The translations under genes were made by a program, and so were the position numbers. The notes under the pieces are model-generated. The model was not told the origin of the DNA. It made no database searches and worked only from the letters and a program-made list of their open reading frames with translations. 64,000 nucleotides of DNA from Candidatus Latescibacterota bacterium (GTDB lineage: Bacteria; Latescibacterota; UBA2968; GCA-2709665), in the NCBI GenBank assembly GCA_965248435.1, contig OZ252100.1:5248001-5312000 (forward strand). The letters are read 5' to 3'. Each line of letters starts with the position of its first letter. Position 1 is the stretch's first letter. Below, piece after piece: positions 37,048-47,503 of the stretch.

Positions 37048-37554
37048 GTGGGAGCGGCGATCAGAGTCTACGTTGCCGTCTTTCTGTTTCGCAACGATCA
37101 CGTCCTTCTTCTTCGAAGGTCGAAGGATAAGACATTAGCCCCTGGTCTCTGGACCGGCGTAGGTGGTCGAGTGGAACCTGAGGAGATGGATGATGTGGAG
37201 CGAGCCGCGCTTCGCGAAATTCATGAAGAGACCGGTATATCACCTGAAGAAGTGCGTGACTTGAGAATTCGAGTCGTGTTCACGCAACCTGAAGAAGGTG
37301 ACATCTCGATTCTCGTTTTCTGCACGGGCTCAACCGACCGCGTGGACCTGGGTCCGTGTGAAGAGGGGGATCTCCAATGGATCGAACTAGACCGGGTCAA
37401 GGAGATCCCGTTGATCGAGAACGCGGCTCGTGCGCTCGAGTTCTCTGCGAAAACCGAAAACCTGGAATCGCACGACGTCCAGTTTGGAATCTGCATCCCC
37501 CAAAAAGGGGGGGATCCGCTGCTTGCCATATCCCCCGACTTGTCTTCCCTCTAA
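37048..37554 (+). CDS. NUDIX hydrolase
   Basis: GGRVEPEE...AALREIHEETG Nudix box. Confidence 0.88.
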   Translation: MGAAIRVYVAVFLFRNDHVLLLRRSKDKTLAPGLWTGVGGRVEPEEMDDVERAALREIHEETGISPEEVRDLRIRVVFTQPEEGDISILVFCTGSTDRVDLGPCEEGDLQWIELDRVKEIPLIENAARALEFSAKTENLESHDVQFGICIPQKGGDPLLAISPDLSSL

Positions 37555-37625
37555 GACCTGATATCGGTGGTGGATCGTCATTCGCTCTGAAAGCGGGTGA
37601 AAGCAGTGTATAGAAGGGAGCAGCA

Positions 37626-38066
37626 ATGAAGATCCTTGTTCTTCAAGGGCCCAATTTGAACATGCTCGGGAAGCGAAAGGCAGAGCACTACGGAGTGGAG
37701 ACGCTTGATGAGATCCACAAGCGCATGGTCGAGAAGGCTGATAGTCTGGGTGTCGAACTGATCCTCTACCAGTCCAACCACGAAGGCGACCTCGTAGAAA
37801 AGATCCACGCCGAACGAGAGAACGCACAAGGCATTGTCGTGAATCCTGCTGGGCTTACCGGGTTCGGGTATTCACTCCGAGACGCGGTAGAAGACAGCGG
37901 ACTCCCGGCGGTAGAGGTGCATCTCTCTAACATTTACGCTCGAGAAGAATTCCGTGAGAGTTCGTGTCTGTCATCCGTAGTCGTCGGACAGATTGCAGGA
38001 TTCAAATGGCGAGGGTATATCGCCGCGCTGGAGATACTAGCTGGGATGCTTAAGGAGGGGACCTGA
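37626..38066 (+). CDS. aroQ: Type II 3-dehydroquinate dehydratase
   Basis: GPNLNMLG, QSNHEG, NPAG and EVHLSN motifs. Confidence 0.95.
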   Translation: MKILVLQGPNLNMLGKRKAEHYGVETLDEIHKRMVEKADSLGVELILYQSNHEGDLVEKIHAERENAQGIVVNPAGLTGFGYSLRDAVEDSGLPAVEVHLSNIYAREEFRESSCLSSVVVGQIAGFKWRGYIAALEILAGMLKEGT

Positions 38067-38068
38067 AC

Positions 38069-39523
38069 ATGCACAGGTGCTACAAGGTCATAATGAGTAT
38101 GAAACCACTTCGACTTCTCTTGTGCCTGGTGATGACCCTTCCCCTAACAGGTTCCGCGCTTTATGGGCAAGCCCGATCTAGAACGGCGCTTGAGGCGCTG
38201 GGGAGGTTGAGCCACTCATTCGAAGCGCTTGCAGAACAGGTGGGCCCGGCAGTCGTTCAGATCCTGGTGACGAGGTACGCCGCCCACCAGGGGTTGGTTC
38301 CAGCGGACGAGAACCTCGTTTCCCGGCAGAGAACATCCGGTTCAGGCGTCATCATTGATCCAGAGGGGTATGTGGTGACAAACGCTCACGTCGTATTGGG
38401 TGCCCGACGAGTCCGAGTCCTCTTACCAAACTCTCCTCGAGAGGTTGATGGACGAAGATCGATTCTCAAGACAAAGAGTCGCGCCGTTGGGGCCCAGGTG
38501 ATAAATGTGGATCGCGAGACCGATCTAGCCCTGTTAAAAATACATGAAAAGGGGCTGAGCCATCTGACTCTGGCAAATTCCGACGAAATCAAACAGGGCC
38601 AGGTCGTTTTCGCCTTCGGCAGTCCGCTTGGCCTGGAGAATACGGTGACGATGGGGGTTGTGAGTTCTGTCGCACGTCAACTCCGGCCCGAAGATCCCAT
38701 GATCTACATCCAGACTGACGCCCCGATCAACCCAGGAAATAGCGGCGGACCCCTCGTGGATGCCGCAGGGCAGGTGATCGGAATCAACACCCTGATTTTT
38801 TCGCAGTCAGGGGGCAACGAGGGAATCGGATTCGCCGCACCGAGCAACATCGTACGAAGTGTGGTTGAACAGATCCGTGAGACGGGCCGTGTGAGTCGTG
38901 GCGAAATCGGTGTCTATGCTCAGACCCTTACACCAACGCTTCAGTCCGCTCTGGGACTCGCTCAAGGCGGAGGTGTCGTCCTGGGTGACGTGTTTCCAGG
39001 GAGTTCTGCAGCCGAGGCCGGTTTGGAAAGGCAGGACATTATCTTGACGATGGATGGCAAGGCGATGGAAAATGCACGTCAGTTTAGCGTGAACCTATAC
39101 AGCAAACCTGTTGGGGAAACTGTTTCCGTCGAAGTACTGAGGCAATCTGAAAGGCTCGCTGTTGATGTGGTAGTTATCAAGCGGCCGGACGACCTCGAGC
39201 GATTTGCAGAACTGGTCAGCCCGGAACGGAATCTCATTCAACAACTCGGCATTCTGGGCATTGAGATGACGCGGGAGATTGCAGCGATGTTTCCCGTTTT
39301 GAGGAAAAGAAGTGGTGTCGTCGTCGCAGCAAGGGCTCTAGATGCACCTGAATGGGAGCGGGGGCTTATCCCTGGAGACGTTATCCACGAGATCAATCAC
39401 GTTTCGGTGAAGACCCTGGCAGGCTTACGGGAGGCGCTTTCGGCGTTGGAAGTCTTGGATCCGGTCGCGATTCTGGTGGAAAGGCAAGGAAAGTACAGGT
39501 TCATCGCGCTGGAAGTTGAATAA
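38069..39523 (+). CDS. HtrA/DegP serine protease with two PDZ domains
   Basis: Signal peptide; TNAHVV, DLALL and INPGNSGGPL catalytic triad motifs. Confidence 0.92.
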   Translation: MHRCYKVIMSMKPLRLLLCLVMTLPLTGSALYGQARSRTALEALGRLSHSFEALAEQVGPAVVQILVTRYAAHQGLVPADENLVSRQRTSGSGVIIDPEGYVVTNAHVVLGARRVRVLLPNSPREVDGRRSILKTKSRAVGAQVINVDRETDLALLKIHEKGLSHLTLANSDEIKQGQVVFAFGSPLGLENTVTMGVVSSVARQLRPEDPMIYIQTDAPINPGNSGGPLVDAAGQVIGINTLIFSQSGGNEGIGFAAPSNIVRSVVEQIRETGRVSRGEIGVYAQTLTPTLQSALGLAQGGGVVLGDVFPGSSAAEAGLERQDIILTMDGKAMENARQFSVNLYSKPVGETVSVEVLRQSERLAVDVVVIKRPDDLERFAELVSPERNLIQQLGILGIEMTREIAAMFPVLRKRSGVVVAARALDAPEWERGLIPGDVIHEINHVSVKTLAGLREALSALEVLDPVAILVERQGKYRFIALEVE

Positions 39524-39540
39524 AGGTTCCATCTACAAGC

Positions 39541-39577
39541 AAAAAGAAGCGCCTCGGTCGAAAGACCGAGGCGCTTT
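39541..39577. terminator. Bidirectional intrinsic terminator
   Basis: aagcgcctcggtc-gaaa-gaccgaggcgctt between convergent genes. Confidence 0.8.
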
Positions 39578-39589
39578 GTCGTTCTCGCT

Positions 39590-40789
39590 TCACGTTGATA
39601 CTTGCGATTCTTCCCCTGTTCTTTTCTGAAGTGTTTCTGGCGTTATCTTTGGCGTGATATAATTCAGTATCGATTCTCGATCTTGGATTGACAAGCTCAG
39701 AAATCTAGCCTGTGCGCCAATCGACGTCACCTCCATGATGCGACCAACCTTGTCCCCCAAGACTTGAGAAAGTTCCCCACCGCTTTCTATCTTGATGAGA
39801 TCCGTGACTTCGAGCTCTTCTTCAGCAGAGAACACGAACCCGCTTCCACTGAGCTCGTGAACGTGGATAGGCAGTGATTCAACTTCGTAGTCTTTCTCGA
39901 AAAGTGTAGCAGACGGGGGTGAGTCTCCGATCAGGGATGCCGGCAATCTCTGGGCGACGAGTGCGTGATCCACGTCGCACGAGATCGTCTTCCTCCCGTC
40001 AGGGTGAATCACTTCGTCCGAGTGACGAAGCATGAGATAGGGTACGGGCCGCTCGACCTCCTTGAGGACGCAGCTGCTGAACCGGTATTCACGACCCGGA
40101 TCACTCCAGAAGAATACCCACATGTCCTTATGCCTCTGAAACCGAACAGATCCTTCGCTGTCGTGAAATGTCTCGGTTGTAATCGCAAGCTCATCGAGGT
40201 TCACTACAGAGGCAGAAAGAAGACGGAAGCCTTTTTGCCCTCGAGCCAGCACATACAGCTTTTGATCAAGCGCCAATTCTCGTGTTGTACGGGGCGCCCT
40301 ATCAGCCGGAAGATGGCGAAAGCCAAGCTTTTCACGAAGAGAGGCGAGGCGTTCCACTTGCTCTTCCATTTTCAACCAGGGCATCTTCTGAGCCTCTTGC
40401 ATGCGTGCCGTGGCCGCCTGATCGAAGACATCAATCGACGTCAGGAGCTGGGCCGGCCTTTTCAGATTGGAAGCTTCTACCATCCGCTCTGCCGTTACCT
40501 GCTCCAGGTAATTCAACCCTTTCTCCCCAGCGATTTTCTCAAGATCATCGTAGCTACGCCTCTTCGCCATACGTTGTCTGGCTTTTTTCGTCAATATATA
40601 TGTAGCGACCAATATGAGCGGAATCGATACAAGGATGACCACGATCCAGATCAAAGTAGCTGTGTCTGCTGTCTCCCGGGTTTCCAGCATTCGGAAAACG
40701 GGGCCAAAACTCTCTACCTTGAGGGATTGGAGCAAATGAACCGGCCTTATGTGAGTTGCGCGAAACAACGGTGGGTTCACAGGCAACAT
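39590..40789 (-). CDS. Membrane-anchored YcgR/PilZ-like protein (degenerate)
   Basis: Single TM helix, YRFSSCVL YcgR_N-like strand, C-terminal HELSGSG resembling the PilZ DxSxxG motif. Confidence 0.5.
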   Translation of the reverse strand: MLPVNPPLFRATHIRPVHLLQSLKVESFGPVFRMLETRETADTATLIWIVVILVSIPLILVATYILTKKARQRMAKRRSYDDLEKIAGEKGLNYLEQVTAERMVEASNLKRPAQLLTSIDVFDQAATARMQEAQKMPWLKMEEQVERLASLREKLGFRHLPADRAPRTTRELALDQKLYVLARGQKGFRLLSASVVNLDELAITTETFHDSEGSVRFQRHKDMWVFFWSDPGREYRFSSCVLKEVERPVPYLMLRHSDEVIHPDGRKTISCDVDHALVAQRLPASLIGDSPPSATLFEKDYEVESLPIHVHELSGSGFVFSAEEELEVTDLIKIESGGELSQVLGDKVGRIMEVTSIGAQARFLSLSIQDRESILNYITPKITPETLQKRTGEESQVST

Positions 40790-40865
40790 AAAAGATACGA
40801 AAAATTTGTGACCAGGCCAAGAAACCGGCCCTGCCGACCAAATCCTGGTCCGAAACCAAAACGCG

Positions 40866-42506
40866 CTATTTGTCGATCACGTCTGACGGGTTGCTACGAA
40901 CAACGGGGATGTGGATAAGAGTCGGGCAGGAAGATGTTAGTCCTTCTTCGATCGCGGGAGAGATCTGGTCGGCCTTCTCCACGCGCAAGCCCCGACAACC
41001 GAACGCCTCGGCCATCTTATCGAAACGGATGGGGCCGAGTTCGCTGGAGATTCCCTGCCCAAAGGTCCTCTGGTGACCTGTCAGTGTAATGCCCCAGGCC
41101 TCGTCGTCCGCCAGGAGCACCACGAAATTCATTCCCTGCCGGGCGGCAGTCTCGAATTCCGCGACGGTGAATGTAAGTGCACCATCCCCCGTAATCAGAA
41201 CAACTGGTCTTTTGGGATACACGAGCCTGGCCGCCATGGCCGCGGGAAGTCCAAAGCCCACCACACCAGCCGCGCCGTTGGAAATCCAGTGACCGGGGTA
41301 ACGCTCACTGCAGAGGATTTGATGAGCCCATTGGCCGATGTTTCCCCCGTCTATGATCAAGATGGTCTCATCCGTCAGGAGGGACTGGACGGCGCGCAAG
41401 ATATCGAGGGCGTGAAGTTTCCCTTCCTTATTTTGAGCGACGCTTTTACAATTCTTTCTGAACGCCTCCTGTCGCGTCTTGGCCTCCTTCAGCCAGTCCG
41501 TTTTTGAAGAAACACCGAGTGATGTGCAGGCATCGCCGATTTGAATCAGAACGGATTTCGGGTCGCCAAGAATCCTGACGTGGGCGCCAGCGCCCTGATC
41601 GATCTGGGCCGGATCCGCCTCGATGCGGACGATTCTAGCGTCTTCACGGACTTCAGGGGGCTGGAGGTATCCCACACGGTAATCACAGCGTGCCCCGATC
41701 ATCAGGATTAGATCCGCGTCGGCGAGAAGCCGAGGACCACCTGTTGCTGCACCGATCACACCCATGAATGGATCCATCGGCTGCAGAACGGAGCCTCGGT
41801 CCCACGTGGGTATGACGACGGGTATTGAAAGCCCGACGGCAAGATCGCGCAGGGCCTCCTCGCCTCCTGAATAAAAGAGTCCGCTTCCCGCGATCAAGAG
41901 GGGTCGTTTCGAAGCAGAGATCAGGTTTGCGGCTTCGTCGATCAGATCTGGATCTCCCAGGGATCGAGTTGGACTCGAGTCGTACACTTGAATCACGGCA
42001 TTGAGGTCCACATCGGCGGACTGGACATCCAGAGGAAAAGTGAGGTGTACCGGTCCCTGGCGAGGGGCTGTAGCTGCCGCGAAGGCCTCGTGGATGTAGT
42101 TGGGAATACGTTCGGGGCAATCTATGATCTTTGCGTACTTGCACACCGGTTCTGCCATCGCGACCTGCGGAAAATCCTGGAAGTGGCCCAGCCCGATCGT
42201 CTCGGAAGGTCCGCATCCAGTGACGAGCAACATCGGAGCACCATCGAAATGGGCGTCGACCACGCCCGTCAGTGCGTTTGCGTGCGCGACACCGCTGCTA
42301 ACCGCGCATACCCCAGGTTGACGCGTGAGACGTCCCGTGACTTCCGCGATGTAGCTTGCAGCCTGTTCGTTCCTCACGTCCACGAGTTGCAGGTCGAACT
42401 TTTTACAGGCCTCGTATAGAGGGTCTTGCCCGTGGCCGCAAAGGGTCGCAATGTAGGACACGCCCCGGGTCTTGAGCTCTCTGACAAACAGTTCCGCGCC
42501 GTTCAC
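40866..42506 (-). CDS. TPP-dependent enzyme (acetolactate synthase-like)
   Basis: VDVRNEQAA, GPVHL and TPP motif GDGA...DDEAWG. Confidence 0.88.
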   Translation of the reverse strand: MNGAELFVRELKTRGVSYIATLCGHGQDPLYEACKKFDLQLVDVRNEQAASYIAEVTGRLTRQPGVCAVSSGVAHANALTGVVDAHFDGAPMLLVTGCGPSETIGLGHFQDFPQVAMAEPVCKYAKIIDCPERIPNYIHEAFAAATAPRQGPVHLTFPLDVQSADVDLNAVIQVYDSSPTRSLGDPDLIDEAANLISASKRPLLIAGSGLFYSGGEEALRDLAVGLSIPVVIPTWDRGSVLQPMDPFMGVIGAATGGPRLLADADLILMIGARCDYRVGYLQPPEVREDARIVRIEADPAQIDQGAGAHVRILGDPKSVLIQIGDACTSLGVSSKTDWLKEAKTRQEAFRKNCKSVAQNKEGKLHALDILRAVQSLLTDETILIIDGGNIGQWAHQILCSERYPGHWISNGAAGVVGFGLPAAMAARLVYPKRPVVLITGDGALTFTVAEFETAARQGMNFVVLLADDEAWGITLTGHQRTFGQGISSELGPIRFDKMAEAFGCRGLRVEKADQISPAIEEGLTSSCPTLIHIPVVRSNPSDVIDK

Positions 42507-42537
42507 TGATTTCTCCTTTCTGGTGATGCCATCGAGA

Positions 42538-43950
42538 TCAAGATGTCTCGTCTTTCGAAAGGAGCCGGTCTACCTCTTTCTCAACGTGGCGGGACGCTTC
42601 CTGTTCATCGTACTCTGATTTCAGTCGGCGAACTTCCGCATCGCTCAGCTTCTTGAAAGGCCAATCGTCATCATTGGCGATTCTCCAGGAAATCCGGGCG
42701 TATTGAAATGCGGCATCCCTCATAGCCAGCAGGTCCACTTTATCTGTTGTATCGTGGCGCGTGTGGTAAAAGGCGAATCCCCAGCGATGGTAAGGGGCGC
42801 CACCGAATGCCGACGGGACCCCCTCGGCGGCGAAGGGGTAGTGATCCGCAGACAGGTGATCGGGTTCGCTGTATGGATGGTCGTCCATATCGACCGGGAA
42901 TTCCACACCCATCCTTTTGCCCATTTCCCGCAGGTAGTCCGTCGTATCTACTCCATAGATGATTAATCCCTTTGGGCCGAGCCTGCCTGCCGAGTCCAGG
43001 TTCAACATGAACCTTGTGTTGCGGAGGTCTTCGTCGTGGCTGTCGACGTAGGCGTGCGCCCCGATCAGTCCAAGCTCCTCCACACCAAAAAAGATGAAAC
43101 GGACCTTCCGCTTGAGTCGGCTCGAATGGATGCTCATCGCTCGGGCGATCTCAAGCGTGGGAACGGTTCCCGACACCGGATCCTGGGCGCCCTGGGCGAG
43201 GTCGTGTCCGTCGTAGTGTACGCCGATGATGACCATCCCCTCACCTTCGTCTTTATCTCCAAGGTCACCGATGACGTTCCAGGAGACCTTCCTCTCCTGA
43301 GTGTCAGTGGTTTCAACCTCTGCATTTACAAAGCCTTTTCTGCGTATCGTCCTCTGAAAAAGCATTGCGGTCTCTTTGGAGACCACAATACCCGGTATCG
43401 GGCCCCACTTGTTGAACCCCAGGGCCCCGGTGACGGGTCCAAGACCCTCGTGCGAGCCCACGAAGATGAAGGCTTTTGCACCCGCCAGGACGGATCTGTT
43501 GTACTTTTCCGTACGCTGGATCCAACGGGTCTCGAATGCTGGATTTTCAACGCTAACGAGCGCGATGTTTCCGTCAAGCTCCGGTTTGAGATCATCGAAG
43601 GTGCTCGGCGATCCCAATCCTAGATCGATGACCTTACCCTGAACCCGTCCCGGAGGGGACATCGGCAGGGAGAGACACTCCAGCTCTCTCTGCCATGGGG
43701 ATGTGACAGTCAGCCTCGCAGGTCCCCGGGTCCAGCCGTTGTATTCGAACGGCTCATTGTGAACGTTGTCGAGAGCATACTCGTGCAGCTTTGATTCCAA
43801 GAACTCTGCTGCTGTTTTCTCGGACTCCGTCCCGCCGAAACGGCTGCCGAAATCATCGCAGAGGATTTCAAGGTTTTCCTGGAGTTCGTACGATGTAAAG
43901 ATTTCGCCAGCAAGCAGCTTGTCGAATTCCAATGCTTCTCGTTCATTCAT
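42538..43950 (-). CDS. M28 aminopeptidase with PA domain
   Basis: GVHYDGHD, GAQDPVSG, EELGLIG, NLDS, SADHYPF and YHTRHDT motifs. Confidence 0.88.
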   Translation of the reverse strand: MNEREALEFDKLLAGEIFTSYELQENLEILCDDFGSRFGGTESEKTAAEFLESKLHEYALDNVHNEPFEYNGWTRGPARLTVTSPWQRELECLSLPMSPPGRVQGKVIDLGLGSPSTFDDLKPELDGNIALVSVENPAFETRWIQRTEKYNRSVLAGAKAFIFVGSHEGLGPVTGALGFNKWGPIPGIVVSKETAMLFQRTIRRKGFVNAEVETTDTQERKVSWNVIGDLGDKDEGEGMVIIGVHYDGHDLAQGAQDPVSGTVPTLEIARAMSIHSSRLKRKVRFIFFGVEELGLIGAHAYVDSHDEDLRNTRFMLNLDSAGRLGPKGLIIYGVDTTDYLREMGKRMGVEFPVDMDDHPYSEPDHLSADHYPFAAEGVPSAFGGAPYHRWGFAFYHTRHDTTDKVDLLAMRDAAFQYARISWRIANDDDWPFKKLSDAEVRRLKSEYDEQEASRHVEKEVDRLLSKDETS

Positions 43951-44674
43951 TGTAAAGCCCCATGGTTTCGATCTTGTCCTCGATTCTTCTGGGGACCCAA
44001 TCGCGAATGGACTCTCCTCGCATTTTACGACCCCGCACCTCGGTAGATGACATTTCCGAATAAGGAGGCTCGAGGTGAATGGTGTCCACTCGATGCTTGA
44101 ACTTGCTGCAATCGGCCTTGTTTAACAGGCCCCTGACTGCGTTCGCACCCGCTTCTCCACGATTTGCCGCCACCACCTTCGCACCCTCGAAGAGGCGGTT
44201 CAGGTCCATTTCCATGTCATCATAATACTTGGGATCGAACAATCTCCTGAGTGTATCGTAGCCTAGGATAAAAGAGATTTCTGTATCTGTCGGAAGGAGA
44301 CCGAGGAGGGCGGTCGCTTTGTCCACGAATCGGGCATGGCTGCATCCCGCTACTGAAACGTCATCGCAGTCTTCCGCGAAGGCAAGAAGCATAGAAAGGC
44401 GGTGTCCCAAATCTGCTCCGAACACCTCCTTGTCTACGTTTGTCTGCGAAAGCATCAGAACGATTTCGCTGAGATTCGAGGCCTCACGGGCCGCTTTGAT
44501 CATCTGTTCGTGGGCAAGCGTCATCGGGTTAAAAGAAGCGTCCAGAACACCGATGCTCTTCCCGGGGGTGGAGACGGCATTTGGGGCCCGCCTCAAGAAC
44601 CTCACCGAAGGCGGCCCATCTGGCCTCAAGCCAGACATGAATCTTCCGAGACACTCAACGTCTTGTTCGGCCAT
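43943..44674 (-). CDS. Nucleotidyltransferase, NadD/Pof1-like NMN adenylyltransferase
   Basis: DASFNPMTLAH, ARFVDKA, LGYDTLRRLFDPKYY and SSTEVR motifs. Confidence 0.75.
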   Translation of the reverse strand: MAEQDVECLGRFMSGLRPDGPPSVRFLRRAPNAVSTPGKSIGVLDASFNPMTLAHEQMIKAAREASNLSEIVLMLSQTNVDKEVFGADLGHRLSMLLAFAEDCDDVSVAGCSHARFVDKATALLGLLPTDTEISFILGYDTLRRLFDPKYYDDMEMDLNRLFEGAKVVAANRGEAGANAVRGLLNKADCSKFKHRVDTIHLEPPYSEMSSTEVRGRKMRGESIRDWVPRRIEDKIETMGLYNE

Positions 44675-45267
44675 CTCTTATTTTTTTTTATGACTGCCGA
44701 TTCTTTCCTCGCGGTGGGCCTAACCAGAAATGTGCGAGTATGGTAGGTTTGAGGGGTGCCGAAGTCAATTGAAATTTGGCCCAATTTTAGACGAGTCATC
44801 GCGGTTAGGACCGGGTCTCTCGAGTCCTGAGATCCTTGGCGGTTCGGTCAGTTCTGATCATCAAAGGATGGGGTAAACGGTGCATTTGCGCCATGTCAAC
44901 ACGATTTTGGGTTTTGGGGACCCGAGAGCCTATCCTTGTAACGTGCTCTGAGACTGCATATAACATCATTTTTGGCTCGAATGGTATGCGTTTTGCAATC
45001 TCTGCTAGTGGTTATCCCTTTGCAGGGGGGATCGGAGTTCCTGGCCTTTGACAGCCCCGACCTGTCATTTGCCTCCAAAGACCCGGTTCCCTCTGCTTTT
45101 TCTATTTCACAAGCGAGCGGGCGACTTTAAGCTTGACATCAGAGGGCCAGGAGCGCCATCTTATTTCCATAAGCACGTATGAAAATAAGACTTAACGGTT
45201 CTACTGATTTACCTCCCGACAGCATCACAGTGTCATTCTCAAGTCTAATCTTCATCCAGGACCGGCG

Positions 45268-46680
45268 ATGAAGCGTAAAGCGCAGCGTCCCTCTGCAAGT
45301 GTTTTGGTTGTCGACCCCGATGAAGCGACCAGTTCCGCCATTCAGCGGTTGCTGAGTGCCGATAACCATCGTGTTCGAATCGCGCGCTCCGGAGAAGAAG
45401 GTCTTGAACTGTGCGCCGAGGAGTCGCCCTCTCTCGTCCTCCTGGACATAAATCTTCCCGGAATTGACGGCCTGGAAACCCTGCGGCGGATAAAGGAGAT
45501 GGGGAAGGATTGCGCTGTCGTCATGGTCACGGCTTATGAGTCTGCCTCTACCGTGGTGGGGGCCATGAAGCTGGGCGCAGAGGACTATATTACCAAGCCG
45601 CTTCCGATGGAAGAGCTCCGGGTCCTCGTGGACAAGCTGGTCGGGCAACGTCAACATTACAGACATTCGACGGGCAGAGGTCTGGGAGAGATGGTCGGTG
45701 ACAGTGCTCCGATGCGGCAAGTCTATGACCTGATACGGCGAATTGCGAAGGCCTCGGTAACGGTGCTGATTACAGGGGAAAGCGGGACAGGCAAGGAGGT
45801 GGTCGCGCGGGCGATCCATCAGAACAGCGAACGTCAATCGCTGCCTTTTCTCTCGGTGAGTTGTGCCTCCATTCCTGGAAGTCTGTTGGAGGCCGAGCTG
45901 TTCGGCTATGAAAGAGGTGCGTTTACCGACGCAAAGGCCCGAAAGAAGGGGCTCATCGAAGTCGCCGGAGAAGGCACGCTCCTGCTGGATGAGATCGGGC
46001 TCATGCCCGTCGATCTGCAGGGCAAGCTGCTCAGCGTGCTCGAAACGCGCAGATTTCGCAGGCTTGGCGGGACAGGAGAGTTGTCAGCGCCCGCACGCTT
46101 TGTCGCGGCCACGAACGCGAACTTGGAGGAGGCGGTTAGAGCTGGCGAGTTTCGTGAGGATCTATACTATAGACTGAACGTGATCCCCATTCATCTTCCC
46201 CCTTTGCGAGAACGAGGGAAAGACATCCTCCTTTTGGCTCAGCAGTTTCTCAGAGAGTGCAGCCATCGACACGGCCTGCCGTTACGTACGCTGTCGCCTG
46301 AGTCCCAGACGTTGATGATGTCCTATGCCTGGCCTGGAAATGTCCGCGAGTTGAAGAACGTGATCGAGCGGGCCGTCCTGTTGACTGATGAAGCGGTGGT
46401 AGAACCGTCCGGCCTGGCAATAAACAGACGAGGTCAGGAAGACCTGGAGGGAAGCCCGATCGAGGTTTCGGACGCGGGCATCATTCAGGTCTCTTTTCCC
46501 CCCTGGGGAATTCCCCTGGAGGATCTTGAGCGGCAGGTGATCGAAGAGGCCCTGATTCACACAGAGGGGAACATCTCTCAGGCCGCCAGACTCCTCCACA
46601 TCAGCCGCTATGCGCTCCGCTACAGGATGCAGAAACACGGGATCCCGTTTCCTGAGGAGGGACATCAGGTAGGCGTGTAG
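45268..46680 (+). CDS. NtrC/AtoC-type sigma54 enhancer-binding response regulator (EBP1)
   Basis: Receiver domain, [34 protein letters not shown] and a Fis HTH. Confidence 0.93.
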   Translation: MKRKAQRPSASVLVVDPDEATSSAIQRLLSADNHRVRIARSGEEGLELCAEESPSLVLLDINLPGIDGLETLRRIKEMGKDCAVVMVTAYESASTVVGAMKLGAEDYITKPLPMEELRVLVDKLVGQRQHYRHSTGRGLGEMVGDSAPMRQVYDLIRRIAKASVTVLITGESGTGKEVVARAIHQNSERQSLPFLSVSCASIPGSLLEAELFGYERGAFTDAKARKKGLIEVAGEGTLLLDEIGLMPVDLQGKLLSVLETRRFRRLGGTGELSAPARFVAATNANLEEAVRAGEFREDLYYRLNVIPIHLPPLRERGKDILLLAQQFLRECSHRHGLPLRTLSPESQTLMMSYAWPGNVRELKNVIERAVLLTDEAVVEPSGLAINRRGQEDLEGSPIEVSDAGIIQVSFPPWGIPLEDLERQVIEEALIHTEGNISQAARLLHISRYALRYRMQKHGIPFPEEGHQVGV

Positions 46681-46695
46681 TTACACAGCAGGGAG

Positions 46696-46735
46696 AAAAA
46701 CCGGATGTCCGGAATCAAAGGACATCCGGTTTTTT
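46696..46735 (+). terminator. Intrinsic terminator after EBP1
   Basis: aaaaaccggatgtcc...ggacatccggtttttt. Confidence 0.75.
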
Positions 46736-46796
46736 GTGCCGTGAGTTATCTATGCACAATGGTTTGGGCGATTTAATCGTGAAGACTGTTGAGAAG

Positions 46797-46963
46797 TATA
46801 TGTGTTATATAACACATATACTATCGGAAACTCATGTCTATTCAGGTCGTCCATATATTGATATAATTAATTATTATTATGCATATTTAATAGAAATTAG
46901 CGTTACCATAGCAAAGCCCGATCCTGAAGATTTGTAAGAATATATGTGTGATATAGCACATAT
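46797..46963. promoter_or_regulatory. Two ATATGTG-N8-CACATAT palindromes (TGT-N10-ACA; putative EBP enhancers)
   Basis: Perfect 24-bp palindrome at 46797-46820 and a second copy at 46941-46963. Confidence 0.7.
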
Positions 46964-47106
46964 CCATCATACGGTATCGCTGAAGCCAGGTGAAGGCTTG
47001 ACGGATATCTCAAAGTTTCCCAAAAGGTTCGATTATACTGGCAGAGAGACTGTTACGAATCCAACGGGATGGGTACCCTCGTTGATTTACCTCAAAACTT
47101 GGGTTC

Positions 47107-47122
47107 GGGCACAAAGTTTGCC
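47107..47122 (+). promoter_or_regulatory. Sigma54 -24/-12 promoter
   Basis: gGGCACaaagtTTGCc (GG-N10-GC). Confidence 0.65.
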
Positions 47123-47503
47123 TAGTGTCATCCTCATTCAAAAGCCACGATAGCGGTTTCGGCACAAGACTATGCGCGTTTATATAGGCTGTTGGACGCA
47201 CACCAACGCATTCCTAGCACACACAACGAAAAAGGCAGGTCGGGGCAAAATTCGCGCGGCGCAGATTGCGGTTTGAAGGGTTCATTGCTATCCTATGAGT
47301 AAGGAGGTTCATCCGAAATCATGTAGCCAAAATCCACCTTTGGAATTGGGTTTACCGGCCTGAATTGCGTCCCGGACTCGAGCCAGTGGATGAACAATGC
47401 TAGCCAGATGAGGGCACATAGGGACTGCCCCGAAAGATGTAAGACATTGCCCTGACAGAATTCCCCAATGGATGTTTTCCAACTCCCCAGGAGGTTTTAA
47501 GTC

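Noticed and set aside
39965-40918. 317-aa plus-strand ORF
   Set aside because: Antisense shadow of 39590-40789
47295-47363. Short ORF MSKEVHPKS... and AAGGAGG followed by ATG-TAG in the island leader
   Set aside because: No signal peptide, no good RBS for the ORF, and SD spacing to ATG-TAG is long; insufficient evidence for a signalling peptide
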